Below, piece after piece: positions 18,697 through 28,241 of a DNA stretch of 64,000 nt; position 1 is the first letter of the stretch; every line of letters starts with the position of its first letter. Origin of the DNA: Candidatus Omnitrophota bacterium. GTDB lineage: Bacteria > Omnitrophota > Gorgyraeia > Zapsychrales > JANLHA01. The DNA lies in NCBI GenBank assembly GCA_029560465.1, contig JAKQKX010000020.1, forward strand, positions 51,434 to 115,433, in the 5' to 3' direction. The position numbers were made by a program, and so were the translations under genes. The notes under the pieces were generated by a model, which saw only the letters and a list, made by a program, of their open reading frames with translations, ran no database searches and was not told where the DNA came from.

Positions 18697-19248
18697 CTAT
18701 AAATGAATCTCCCGGGCCAGGGTTTCGAACACATTGACCCTCTTGCCGGCCAGCCATCCCGGAGGTTCCGCTTGCGGACGGCAGATAAAAAGCACCCCGT
18801 CCTCCAGGTCTTCCCGCTCCTCGTCAGAAAGAATCCGAAACCGGCAGCCCTGAAATTCCTCTTCCTTAAAAACCGACTGAACGAGCCAAGACACCTCCTC
18901 ATCCCCGCAAGCCCAGAAATCCCGTTCCCCGCTGCGGTAAAAACCGCGCACAATGTCCCGGATCGTCTGCTTATACCGCTTGATAGACCGAATCGTCTCC
19001 AGCGTGCAATGCCTGGATTTCTCCAACCGCTCGGACAAGCCTTTCGGCGTTAGCGTGTATTCAATTTTTCTTTTCGTGACTTGGCGAATATGAATATACC
19101 CCTGCTCAACAAGACGGCGCAGGAGCATATGGGTTGCCCCTAGAGATATGTTCAAATGACGGGAGAAGTCCCTCTGGCTGGCGGCACATTCCGCCCCAAT
19201 GATATTGATGAGCTCGGCTTCTTTTGTGTTCAGGGTATCTTTGATCAC
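18697..19248 (-). CDS. Winged helix-turn-helix transcriptional regulator (MarR/PadR-like N-terminal domain)
   Basis: N-terminal ELINIIGAECAASQRDFSRHLNISLGATHMLLRRLVEQGYI is an HTH plus wing. Preceded by its own AT-rich promoter region. Confidence 0.55.
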   Translation of the reverse strand: MIKDTLNTKEAELINIIGAECAASQRDFSRHLNISLGATHMLLRRLVEQGYIHIRQVTKRKIEYTLTPKGLSERLEKSRHCTLETIRSIKRYKQTIRDIVRGFYRSGERDFWACGDEEVSWLVQSVFKEEEFQGCRFRILSDEEREDLEDGVLFICRPQAEPPGWLAGKRVNVFETLAREIHL

Positions 19249-19284
19249 AGGGGATCCTCATCTATACGTGTTCAAGACCTGAAC

Positions 19285-19313
19285 ATATTATTAATAATAT
19301 TAATTATTGTCAA
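19285..19313 (-). promoter_or_regulatory. Sigma70-like promoter (TTGACA-N17-TAATAT) for the regulator gene, overlapped by a 12-bp perfect palindrome ATTATTAATAAT (19287-19298) and an adjacent inverted repeat GTTCAAGACCTGAAC (19270-19284)
   Basis: Read directly on the minus strand: the -35 maps to 19313..19308, the spacer is 17 nt, and the -10 maps to 19290..19285. The palindrome overlaps the -10 and spacer. Confidence 0.45.
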
Positions 19314-19384
19314 GTGGTATTCCTGATATATTACGCTCACGGTGCTATATTATTATAAAATTCTAAAGTATTGGGACACAAAGG

Positions 19385-20794
19385 CTAACGGAATTTTATT
19401 TTCTTCATGGCAAAGAAACACATTTTAAAAAGCAATAAGCCGTGGCGGAAACGCTGAATCTGGGTTGTGCCATACGTTCTTTCCTTGTAACGGATCGGTA
19501 ACTCCAGGACTTTCAGGTTCAGCTTGACCGCTCCGAAGATAAGATCAAAATCGCCGAAAGGATCAAACGGGCCGAAATAGCCCCGATTAACGGCCAGTTC
19601 CTCATAATCACGCTTAAACAGCACTTTGGTCCCGCACAGGGTGTCTTTGAAACGCTGGCCCAAAAGCCAGCTGAAGAAAACCCCAAAAAACTTATTGGCA
19701 AGAAGATTAAGGAACCGCATGGCCTGCTTCTCCATGGGATAAACCAGCCGGCATCCGTTAATAAATTCCCCCCGGTTATGGCGGATCGCATCATAAAATT
19801 TAGGCAGGTCTTCCGGAGGAACGGTTAAATCCGCATCCAGGATCATCAGCACCTCTCCGGAAGCCCGGCTGAAACCCAGCCGCACGGCATCGCCCTTCCC
19901 CTTTCCCGTCTGCTTCAAAAGCTTTATGTCCTTCTCTGGATATCGCTGAATAACCCGCTCCACCTCTTCATAAGTGCCGTCTTGGGATCCGCCTTCGACA
20001 AAAATAAATTCCTGATGAAGCCCGAAGGCAGGGGTACGCAAAATCGCCTGTTCAATGTTCCCCTTCTCATTCCGGCAAGGAACCAAGACCGTGACGGAGA
20101 ACTCCCTTTCAAATTCAAAAACCGGCCGGGCGATCACGATATGGTTTAACGTGAGCGCGTTAAAAACCGGCAACGGTGCTATAAAACGGTTGATGACGTA
20201 ACTCAAGCCCCAGACCTGCAGCGGGAACAAAATAGCCCTCTCGGTTTTAACCGGCTCGTACCCCGTCAGGGTTAGAAAATTGCACAGGTCGTGGTATGTC
20301 AGCCAATTCTGAATTTTCTGCTTTATCTTTAACCCGGCTTTTTCCCCAAATTGAAGGATGGTCTGCCAGAGGTAACTGTAATATTCGACAATAATCCGCG
20401 TGTGCGCATGACAGAACGGCCTAAGGTCAGCCAGAAACAGCTGAATATCATCCAATTCCCCCAGCAAACCCGACAACACGATAAAATCAAATTTATCCGG
20501 ACACGAAAAATCTTTTAAAGCACAACATTCGAATCTTAATTGCGGGTATTTCCGCGCCGCGATTTCAACCGAACGGCCGCTGACATCAATCCCAACGCCG
20601 ACGGACGGTTTCAGTTCGTTCAAAAGGCCGCCGGTCGAGCAGCCGACTTCCAGGACCTTCTTCCCCTCCGGGATCAGGTAACGGTATTGTTTATAAAGCA
20701 ATTTATAATAATAACGGTTTTTCTCCAGGAAGCGGTCGCGCCGGTCAGCCAAATGGTCATAATGTTCAGCAATCGAATTAAGGGCGGTCGTCAT
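19385..20794 (-). CDS. Bifunctional class I SAM methyltransferase / family 2 glycosyltransferase (DPM1-like) fusion
   Basis: N-terminus has [15 protein letters not shown] (MTase motif I). C-terminus has [15 protein letters not shown]...LMILDADLT, the DxD of a GT2. Confidence 0.7.
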   Translation of the reverse strand: MTTALNSIAEHYDHLADRRDRFLEKNRYYYKLLYKQYRYLIPEGKKVLEVGCSTGGLLNELKPSVGVGIDVSGRSVEIAARKYPQLRFECCALKDFSCPDKFDFIVLSGLLGELDDIQLFLADLRPFCHAHTRIIVEYYSYLWQTILQFGEKAGLKIKQKIQNWLTYHDLCNFLTLTGYEPVKTERAILFPLQVWGLSYVINRFIAPLPVFNALTLNHIVIARPVFEFEREFSVTVLVPCRNEKGNIEQAILRTPAFGLHQEFIFVEGGSQDGTYEEVERVIQRYPEKDIKLLKQTGKGKGDAVRLGFSRASGEVLMILDADLTVPPEDLPKFYDAIRHNRGEFINGCRLVYPMEKQAMRFLNLLANKFFGVFFSWLLGQRFKDTLCGTKVLFKRDYEELAVNRGYFGPFDPFGDFDLIFGAVKLNLKVLELPIRYKERTYGTTQIQRFRHGLLLFKMCFFAMKKIKFR

Positions 20795-21869
20795 GCGTGG
20801 GGTCTCCTTGTTTCCATCGGTCCTGGTTCAATTCCCATATTTGAGAAAGGGTTTCGCGGATATTAAACATCTGTTCCCATTGCGGGTAATGCGCGGAGAA
20901 TTTCTTCAACCCGCTGATATACCAGACGTGGTCTCCCGCCCGGGGTGCCTCTTTATAGTCCCAGCGAAGCGCGCGGCCAGAAATCTCTTCACACAGCCGG
21001 ATCCCTTCCAGGATAGAGCAACTGTTGGCCCGGCCTCCCCCCATATTATAAACTTCCCCCGGCCTCGGATCGCGATAAAAATGATAAAACGCCTGGATCA
21101 GGTCAAAACTGTGGATATTATCTCGCACCTGTTTGCCTTTATAACCCAAAACAGTGTACGGGGTGCCGGTCATGCAGCATTTCATCAGGTAGGATAAAAA
21201 TCCGTGCAGGACCGTACCGGAATGCCGGGGCCCGGTGAGGCACCCCCCCCGGAAACACCCGGTCTTAAGCCCGAAATAACGGCCGTATTCCTGAACCAGG
21301 ATATCGGCCGCCAGTTTAGACGCGCCGAACAACGAATGTTGACTCTGGTCGACGCTCATGGTTTCATCGATCCCGTCATAAAAAGGGTGCTGTTCGTCGA
21401 GGTCCCAGCGGGTTTCCCGCTCTTCTAAAGGAAGGCGGTTAGGCGCGTCCCCGTAAACTTTGTTGGTGCTGGTAAAAATAAAAACCGCTTCCGGGCAATA
21501 CCGCCGGGTCATTTCCAGCAAGTTTAATGTCCCGTTGGCGTTGATGGCAAAATCCGTCAAAGGCTCCCGGGCCGCCCAGTCGTGCGAAGGCTGGGCCGCC
21601 GTATGAATCACAAGTTTAATGCCCTTCCCGTATTCCGCGAAAACCCTTTCTAAAGCATCCCTGTCCCGGACATCGGCAGACCGGTGGTCGTAACCCGGGA
21701 TTATTTCTTTCAAGCGAGCGGCGTTCCATCGCGTCGATGCCTCTGCCCCGAAGAAAGTCTGCCTCATATCATTATCGATGCCGATTGGCTTAAATCCCCG
21801 GGAAGCAAAAAATTCCACCGCTTCCGAGCCGATCAACCCCGCCGATCCCGTGACCAAGACAACATCCAT
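20778..21869 (-). CDS. NAD-dependent epimerase/dehydratase (CDP-paratose 2-epimerase-like)
   Basis: [16 protein letters not shown] Rossmann motif and YGASKLAAD catalytic Y-x3-K. Confidence 0.75.
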   Translation of the reverse strand: MDVVLVTGSAGLIGSEAVEFFASRGFKPIGIDNDMRQTFFGAEASTRWNAARLKEIIPGYDHRSADVRDRDALERVFAEYGKGIKLVIHTAAQPSHDWAAREPLTDFAINANGTLNLLEMTRRYCPEAVFIFTSTNKVYGDAPNRLPLEERETRWDLDEQHPFYDGIDETMSVDQSQHSLFGASKLAADILVQEYGRYFGLKTGCFRGGCLTGPRHSGTVLHGFLSYLMKCCMTGTPYTVLGYKGKQVRDNIHSFDLIQAFYHFYRDPRPGEVYNMGGGRANSCSILEGIRLCEEISGRALRWDYKEAPRAGDHVWYISGLKKFSAHYPQWEQMFNIRETLSQIWELNQDRWKQGDPTHDDRP

Positions 21870-21872
21870 GCC

Positions 21873-22676
21873 TCATTCTCCCTGAACGCTTTTAAAATTT
21901 TCTCCCTCTTTTTCGAGTTCGATATAATAAAACATGCTCAACCAGGGGCTCAACGGGGACAACAGCCATTCCAACGCCTTGATCATAGGATACCCCCAGG
22001 TAGGCAGCAACTGCCGGAAGGACACCCCTCCGCTCAACAAATAGCCCAAAGGCCCGAAGGGCCGGAAGCGCTTCAAAACCAGCCGGGGATACCTCCGGCT
22101 AAAAACGCCATAGTCGCGTTGGAACACAATCCACGGCAAAGCGCCGTTGCCGCAGGATAAAGCCCCCTCCCCCTCCACCCCCCATCCGGCGGAAGGGTCA
22201 AACGTCTCATGGTGGAAATTCTGATAGACCCAGCGTCCCCAAAACGAGTTGGCCGGTTCGATCATGACGATTTTCCCTCCCGGACGCAAACACCGCGTCA
22301 TCTCCTCAAAAAAAGCCTGGGTGTCTTTAACATGGTGAAAAACATTCAACATCACAAAAGCGCTGACCGACCCGTTTTTAAACGGGGCCTGATCCACCCG
22401 GAAACATATCTGCAGATGTGGCAGGAAAAGGATGTCAGAGGTGATGACCCGAGGCAGGACGTCCTCGATCAGCCCCCCTCCGCTGCCCAGCTCCACAACC
22501 GCGCCCGGAGGGACGCCCCGCAAGCCACCGGCCAGCATCCGGTAAAAATCCATATACAGCTTCTTTAAAAACGGTTTCTTCCGGATGATTTGCCGATGAA
22601 TCAGCGTGGATTGGGGATCATCCAAATCATTGATCAAGGCCGCTTCAGGGAGTTTTAAAGAATCCAGGAATCTCAT
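21873..22676 (-). CDS. Class I SAM-dependent methyltransferase
   Basis: VVELGSGGGL motif I; downstream FVMLNVFHHV (Methyltransf_11-like). Confidence 0.7.
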   Translation of the reverse strand: MRFLDSLKLPEAALINDLDDPQSTLIHRQIIRKKPFLKKLYMDFYRMLAGGLRGVPPGAVVELGSGGGLIEDVLPRVITSDILFLPHLQICFRVDQAPFKNGSVSAFVMLNVFHHVKDTQAFFEEMTRCLRPGGKIVMIEPANSFWGRWVYQNFHHETFDPSAGWGVEGEGALSCGNGALPWIVFQRDYGVFSRRYPRLVLKRFRPFGPLGYLLSGGVSFRQLLPTWGYPMIKALEWLLSPLSPWLSMFYYIELEKEGENFKSVQGE

Positions 22677-22936
22677 TGTATTTTTGGGTATCCGGGCGTA
22701 CCCGCATACTTTTGGCGCGCGTCGCCCCGTTGGCGCTTGCGCTCAACACCGTCAGAATGTTTTTATTGTATTACAAAACAGCCGGGCGCAGAAATTGTAT
22801 TTTATCATTCTCTAAAAAACCTGCAAAAGACTTTGGGCAGATTTCCCCGGCCATGTTAAAATAGTTTCCGTGACCGAACCGGGATATCCCGTCTCATCAA
22901 TATAAAAAACCTAAAAGGAAATACAGGCCGTATTTT

Positions 22937-23809
22937 ATGAAAAAGCTAACCGATATTTTCGCGGACAAAGAACGCACGTTTTCTTTCGAACTCTTTCCGG
23001 CCAAAACCGAAAAAGGCTACCAAAACCTCCTGGCCACCATCGCCGAACTCGCCACCCTTAACCCGGACTATATTTCCTGCACGTACGGGGCCGGCGGCGG
23101 CAGCCGGGAACGGACTTTCGATATCGTCCAGCATATCCAGGACACATATCACCTGCCGGGGGTTGCACATTTAACCTGCGTCTGCCACACCCGGGACGAA
23201 ATCAAGGCGATCCTCCACAACATGCAAGAGAGGGGCATCTGTAACGTACTCGCCTTGCGGGGCGACCCGCCCCGCGACAATCCGGACTGGCAGCCAGGGC
23301 CGGACAATTTTCAATATTCCTGCGAACTGTGTGCATTTATCCGGCACCATTATGGCGACTTTTTCGCAATAGGCGTCGCGGGCTTCCCCGAAGGGCATAT
23401 CCTCTGCCCGGACCGGGAGCAGGACGCCCGTTACCTGAAAATCAAAATAGACAGCGGCGCCGATTTTGTGACCTCACAATTATTTTTCAACAATCAAGAT
23501 TATTTTGATTACGTTGAAAGATTAAGAAGGCTGGGGGTCAACGCGAGGGTCATCCCGGGGATACTCCCCATCACGAATTACGACAACTTAATCCGTTTCT
23601 GCCAAAACTGCGGCACAACGGTCCCGCAAGAGATCCATGACATTTTCCGCCCCGTCAAGGATGATCCGGAACGCTCTCTTGAAAAAGGGATTGACTTCGC
23701 GGTCCGGCAATGCCGGGATCTGCTGGATCATGGCGCGCCAGGCCTGCACTTCTACGCCCTAAACAAACTCCATCCGGTGGACGCCATCCTGACCGCGGTC
23801 CGCGGATAA
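22937..23809 (+). CDS. metF: 5,10-methylenetetrahydrofolate reductase
   Basis: SFELFPAKT...CTYGAGGGSRERT...ALRGDPP are MetF hallmarks. Confidence 0.9.
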   Translation: MKKLTDIFADKERTFSFELFPAKTEKGYQNLLATIAELATLNPDYISCTYGAGGGSRERTFDIVQHIQDTYHLPGVAHLTCVCHTRDEIKAILHNMQERGICNVLALRGDPPRDNPDWQPGPDNFQYSCELCAFIRHHYGDFFAIGVAGFPEGHILCPDREQDARYLKIKIDSGADFVTSQLFFNNQDYFDYVERLRRLGVNARVIPGILPITNYDNLIRFCQNCGTTVPQEIHDIFRPVKDDPERSLEKGIDFAVRQCRDLLDHGAPGLHFYALNKLHPVDAILTAVRG

Positions 23810-23812
23810 ATA

Positions 23813-24790
23813 TCAGCGGGCCATCCCCGCCGGACGCCCCCCATCCCGGGCGCTGAGCTCTTCAATATATTTCCGTAGGGAATTTTTCATCCTTCGCGTT
23901 ATCTTATAACCATCGACCTTCTTGAGGATCTCTTCTTGCGTACGCCCTTTTTTGTAAAGATTCTTCAGGACACCCTCAAAAACCGCCTTAAAACCGTAAC
24001 GGCCGATGCCTTTCGAAATCACGACTAAAAGGCCCAGGACCCCCAGCCCTCCGATCAACCCCAATGGGCCGCCGAGCCAGGCCAGCCCTTCGACAACAGC
24101 CGCGGCTCCGGCCACGCCGCTTATCTGCACCGCCACAACAAGCACAAGGGCCGGGATCCCCAACTGTGAAATCCTGGCGGTCAGTTCATCATATTTCCAG
24201 TTCTCTGCGTCACGGGCCGCTTCTTTAATATTCCCCGGGACACGGCCGACGGCATAAGCCCCGATCACGGCCGTATCCTTCACCCTTCCCGATCCGCTGC
24301 GTACGCCGTCCACCAGCTTATCTTTCACCGCGGTCCCGGCCCGCAACGGCATGTTCACAAAAGCCTTGGTCCCATCCAGGGCCGAACGGCCCAATTTTTT
24401 CCAAAACCCGAGCGCTTCGTTCATCCGGGTGATATACAATTCCAACAGGAATCTCAAAAGAAATACCGTCAACATGTACGACAAAAAACCATTCAGGAAC
24501 AGCGCCATGTTCGTCTTTAAATATTGCGCCTGCGGATACACCGCGGTGATTTTACCGGAAAGGGTCGTGAAATAATCAAACAAAATCCAGAACAAGAACA
24601 CCGCGTACGCCAGAGCCGCTTTCACAATAAGGATCCTGGCCCTGGGCCCTTTTTTCCGGACATCCGCCGGCGCCTCCCGGTCTTCCCGGGTAAGGCGGTT
24701 GTATCGGACGCGGACCGTCTCCAGCAGAAGGACAGAAACGATAAAATACAAAATTGTTTCTTTATTTTTCTTTAACCCGGAAAAAAACAT
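23813..24790 (-). CDS. Hypothetical integral membrane protein
   Basis: Several predicted TM helices, including a glycine-rich hydrophobic C-terminal region. Co-directional with the helicase/nuclease pair. Confidence 0.45.
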   Translation of the reverse strand: MFFSGLKKNKETILYFIVSVLLLETVRVRYNRLTREDREAPADVRKKGPRARILIVKAALAYAVFLFWILFDYFTTLSGKITAVYPQAQYLKTNMALFLNGFLSYMLTVFLLRFLLELYITRMNEALGFWKKLGRSALDGTKAFVNMPLRAGTAVKDKLVDGVRSGSGRVKDTAVIGAYAVGRVPGNIKEAARDAENWKYDELTARISQLGIPALVLVVAVQISGVAGAAAVVEGLAWLGGPLGLIGGLGVLGLLVVISKGIGRYGFKAVFEGVLKNLYKKGRTQEEILKKVDGYKITRRMKNSLRKYIEELSARDGGRPAGMAR

Positions 24791-24849
24791 TTTCTTCTCC
24801 CCTCCCCAGCCCCACGGCGGCTCCTCCCCTCCCGGGGGCCGAGAAAAAA

Positions 24850-25158
24850 TTACGGCCCTGTCTCCTGCGGACCCATTATCAGCCCTGCCGGGGCCGGGAC
24901 CGGTTTCTTCTGTTCAGCCCAATCATCATAAAGCATCAGTTGAACCGATTTTTTAAAAAATACGTGAGCGAGTGTGTTATTCAGCTGATGCAGGTTCCGC
25001 TGAAATTCTTCATCATCCCAATCACCCTCATCACAAAGGATGTTTAAAACATATTTACCCCCCTCTTCCTTTAACAGTAAGATCCAGGGATGGTCCTGTT
25101 TAAAAATTTCGTTTTCAGAGCAGCTTTGAATGATCTTTTGGACATCGCTCATCGGCAC
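24850..25158 (-). CDS. Hypothetical small acidic protein
   Basis: 102-aa ORF between the helicase and the membrane protein. No motif recognised. Confidence 0.3.
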   Translation of the reverse strand: MPMSDVQKIIQSCSENEIFKQDHPWILLLKEEGGKYVLNILCDEGDWDDEEFQRNLHQLNNTLAHVFFKKSVQLMLYDDWAEQKKPVPAPAGLIMGPQETGP

Positions 25159-25346
25159 CGATTTCGGAAAGTATATTTCATGTTCGGCCTCCCCGAGAAA
25201 TTGGCGCGCCCCACCAAAATAGGGCTGCAGAGACGCATACAGGAATCCCGAAATAAAAAGCGTCCCGATGAAGGTGGACGAATCCCCGGCGGGGAAAATC
25301 TGGCAGTGCTGTTGACAAATTCATCGGCTCCATGGTTCACGGATCT

Positions 25347-26903
25347 CTAAAACAAGCTCATTTGTTCATCCCCGGGCGCGCGTTTCTTGTTCTTCATAAC
25401 GGCCTGTTCATATTCGGCGAGGCCGTCCTCAAAGTCCTTTAAGAAAGGAGACACCTGGGAATGGCATGTCTGTCCGAACAACAAACGTTTTTTAGCCCGT
25501 AAAAGATATAGTCGCTCGCGGGCCCGGGTCATGCCGACGTAAAACAACCGGCGCTCTTCCCGGACTTCGGCCTGAAGCCCCGCCAGGTTAAGCGGCAGCA
25601 AGTTTTCTTCACAGCCCACGATAAACACAACAGGGAATTCCAGCCCTTTGGACGCGTGAAGCGTCATCAAAGACACGCGTTCCGCCGCGGCGCTAAATTC
25701 TTCGTACCGGGAAGGGCACACCGATTCCGGCCCGTCTTCACCGTCTTTCCGTTCTCCCGCGGCATAATAAGGGATCCCCATCCGGTCCAAAGCCTGCTTC
25801 AAAAGTCTTGCTTGCGCCTTCAGCCGGTAAAGAACCGCGATATCACCGAAACTCCGTTCAGCGCCGGTTTCCGCGCCCACCCGGCCGGAATCCTGCGAAA
25901 ACATGCTCGTCCCTCCGACAAGTTTCTCGATCTGGTGGACGACATATTCCGCTTCCGCCTTATCCGTCGCCGCCTCAAAAACCGTTAACTTCCCTGCTCT
26001 GTATAACTGCGCGGTTAAATCCGGGACGACCGCGTCCGCATCGCGGGCCATCACTTGCCCCGAAGCCGCCAAGATCGTCTGGCCGGAGCGGTAATTATCA
26101 CAAAGCGTTACCCGTCGGGCGCCAGGGAAATCATCCGAGAAGCTCTTAAAAAAACGTTGATCCGACCCCCGGAACCCGTAGATCGCCTGGTTCGGGTCCC
26201 CGATCGCGGTAATGCCGCCCTTCTCCCCCACCCAAAGCATTAAAAAAGCGTGCTGGACGGGATTCACGTCCTGATATTCATCCACAAAGATTTCAGGGAT
26301 ATCCGCCCGCAGATCCGAAAGGACAGCCGGATGTTCCTTCAAAAAATAAAGCGTTTCGCATAACAGGTCATCGAAATCCAGCAAACCTCTCTGCCGAAGC
26401 TGAGCGTTGTAAAACGCCACGTCATCGGGGACCGGCCCGGAAAAAACTATGGCCTTCCAACGGGACATCGCATCCATCCTCTCCCGGAGCTTCCTATCGG
26501 ATTCCCCGGGCCAGAGCGAACGGCTGACGCCTAAGGCCTGATCCGGATCCACGCAGCGAAATCCCTCCGGGAGCCCGCTCAAAGGCCCGGCGTCCTTGAG
26601 GATATTCAGGCAGACAGAGTGAAAAGTGCCCGTCACTAGCCTGGGCATGAGCGACTCGGCCCCAGGTGAACGCGCGATGCGCATCTTTATTTCTTCAGCG
26701 GCTTTTTGGGTGAATGTGATCGCGCAAAATTTCTTCTTAGGGCTGGTTTGCCGTAACCGGAACATTAACCTGTAGGTGAGGGTGTGCGTCTTGCCGGTCC
26801 CCGGCCCGGCCACAATTAAGAGGCGCGCCCCGGGCTCGGTTATCGCAGCCCATTGGGCGGGATTCACGTCATGGGGTCGGTCAAGGTCCGCCATACAGGT
26901 CAC
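25347..26903 (-). CDS. UvrD/PcrA/Rep-family SF1 DNA helicase (compact, 518 aa)
   Basis: Motif I LLIVAGPGTGKTHT, motif II FVDEYQD, LYVGMTRA. Confidence 0.85.
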   Translation of the reverse strand: MTCMADLDRPHDVNPAQWAAITEPGARLLIVAGPGTGKTHTLTYRLMFRLRQTSPKKKFCAITFTQKAAEEIKMRIARSPGAESLMPRLVTGTFHSVCLNILKDAGPLSGLPEGFRCVDPDQALGVSRSLWPGESDRKLRERMDAMSRWKAIVFSGPVPDDVAFYNAQLRQRGLLDFDDLLCETLYFLKEHPAVLSDLRADIPEIFVDEYQDVNPVQHAFLMLWVGEKGGITAIGDPNQAIYGFRGSDQRFFKSFSDDFPGARRVTLCDNYRSGQTILAASGQVMARDADAVVPDLTAQLYRAGKLTVFEAATDKAEAEYVVHQIEKLVGGTSMFSQDSGRVGAETGAERSFGDIAVLYRLKAQARLLKQALDRMGIPYYAAGERKDGEDGPESVCPSRYEEFSAAAERVSLMTLHASKGLEFPVVFIVGCEENLLPLNLAGLQAEVREERRLFYVGMTRARERLYLLRAKKRLLFGQTCHSQVSPFLKDFEDGLAEYEQAVMKNKKRAPGDEQMSLF

Positions 26904-28189
26904 CTAAAGAGGGTCATCTGCTGGTCAATCGTGTCTCGTTCATCATCGGAGAAAATATGCACCGTTCCATATTCCCCATCATAACCGGCCGCGATCCGCA
27001 CCCGCCCCTCCCTGACCCGGCGGACGCCCTCCGCGATAAGCGTCCCGCTGACTTTCTGAATATCCGCGACCGGGATATCCCGCAAAATCGCCATTTCATT
27101 TCCGAGTTTTGAGAGCATATCCAGATAAGCGGCCTGCACGGCCTTGGAGTTCACGCCCAGGGAGCGGGCTTCCGCGACTATTTCCGGCAGAGGGATCAAC
27201 CTGACAAAATCGCGGGCGTTGGGGGACCGCCGGCCTTCCGGATGATCGGCCAGCTCTTCCACGCGGGCCATGACCCCCACGGTCACCGGTTTCCCGCACA
27301 CCGGACACAACCCCTGATACTGTCCTGTTTCCCTGGGATGCAACCGCGCGTGGCACTGCCGGTGCCCGTCGAAATGATATTTCCCCTCTTCCGGGAAGAA
27401 TTCGACTGTGCCAACTAAATTTTCATGAAAAGAGTCTTTCAGGGCTTTATAAATTCCGGGGTAAGAAAAATCGGATTGAAAAACCGTGCATTCCCGGCCC
27501 AGCTTGGCCGGAGAATGCGCGTCCGAAGAAGACACTAGGACATACGGGTCCAACTGGCTCAAGCGCCAGTTCATCGGCGGGTCGGAAGAAAGCCCGGTTT
27601 CGACGGCAAAAATATGTTTGGAAAGGTCACCGAAACAATCTTCCATCCGGTCAAAACCGCTTTTGGAGCCTAAAGCCGAGAACCATGGCGTCCATATGTG
27701 CGCCGGAACCAAAAAGCTGGTCGGATCGGCCTCCAGGACAATCTCAAGAAGGTCCCGGGAATCCAGGCCCAGGATAGGCCGTCCGTCCGAACGGATGTTG
27801 CCGATAGCGTCCAACTGTTTCTGAATTTTTTCTCCGGCACTTAAATGGGGGGCAAAGACCACATTATGGACCTTGCGGACCTTATCCATGCGTTTATAAA
27901 TATTCGATATCTCCGTCGAAAGGATAAACCGGACTTCGCCCTGGCACGCCGCCGGCACACGGGATAACATCGGCCGGGCGAGGTCCGGACGCAGTGCGTA
28001 CAAGCCCTCTTGCGCCGGGACAAGTTTTTCCCGCAACTCTTTGGCCCACCCCGGGTGCACGAAATCTCCGGTGCTGACCACGTGAACGCCCTTCATCTGC
28101 GCCCAAACGTATAAATGCTCCAGGTTCAGGTCTTTGCTGGTGGCCCGGGAATAATAAGAATGAATATGCAGGTCCGCGTAAAAGTTCAT
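26900..28189 (-). CDS. PHP-domain nuclease of the EndoQ (endonuclease Q) / TIGR00375 family
   Basis: N-terminal ADLHIHSYYSRATSKDL...VVSTGDFVHPGW and a C-terminal Zn-finger CPVCGKPVTVG match the EndoQ architecture. The stop overlaps the helicase start (ATGA). Confidence 0.7.
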   Translation of the reverse strand: MNFYADLHIHSYYSRATSKDLNLEHLYVWAQMKGVHVVSTGDFVHPGWAKELREKLVPAQEGLYALRPDLARPMLSRVPAACQGEVRFILSTEISNIYKRMDKVRKVHNVVFAPHLSAGEKIQKQLDAIGNIRSDGRPILGLDSRDLLEIVLEADPTSFLVPAHIWTPWFSALGSKSGFDRMEDCFGDLSKHIFAVETGLSSDPPMNWRLSQLDPYVLVSSSDAHSPAKLGRECTVFQSDFSYPGIYKALKDSFHENLVGTVEFFPEEGKYHFDGHRQCHARLHPRETGQYQGLCPVCGKPVTVGVMARVEELADHPEGRRSPNARDFVRLIPLPEIVAEARSLGVNSKAVQAAYLDMLSKLGNEMAILRDIPVADIQKVSGTLIAEGVRRVREGRVRIAAGYDGEYGTVHIFSDDERDTIDQQMTLFR

Positions 28190-28241
28190 AAAATCCTTTT
28201 TATATTGAGCCCATTATACAGAAAAAACATCGGGCCCGCAA

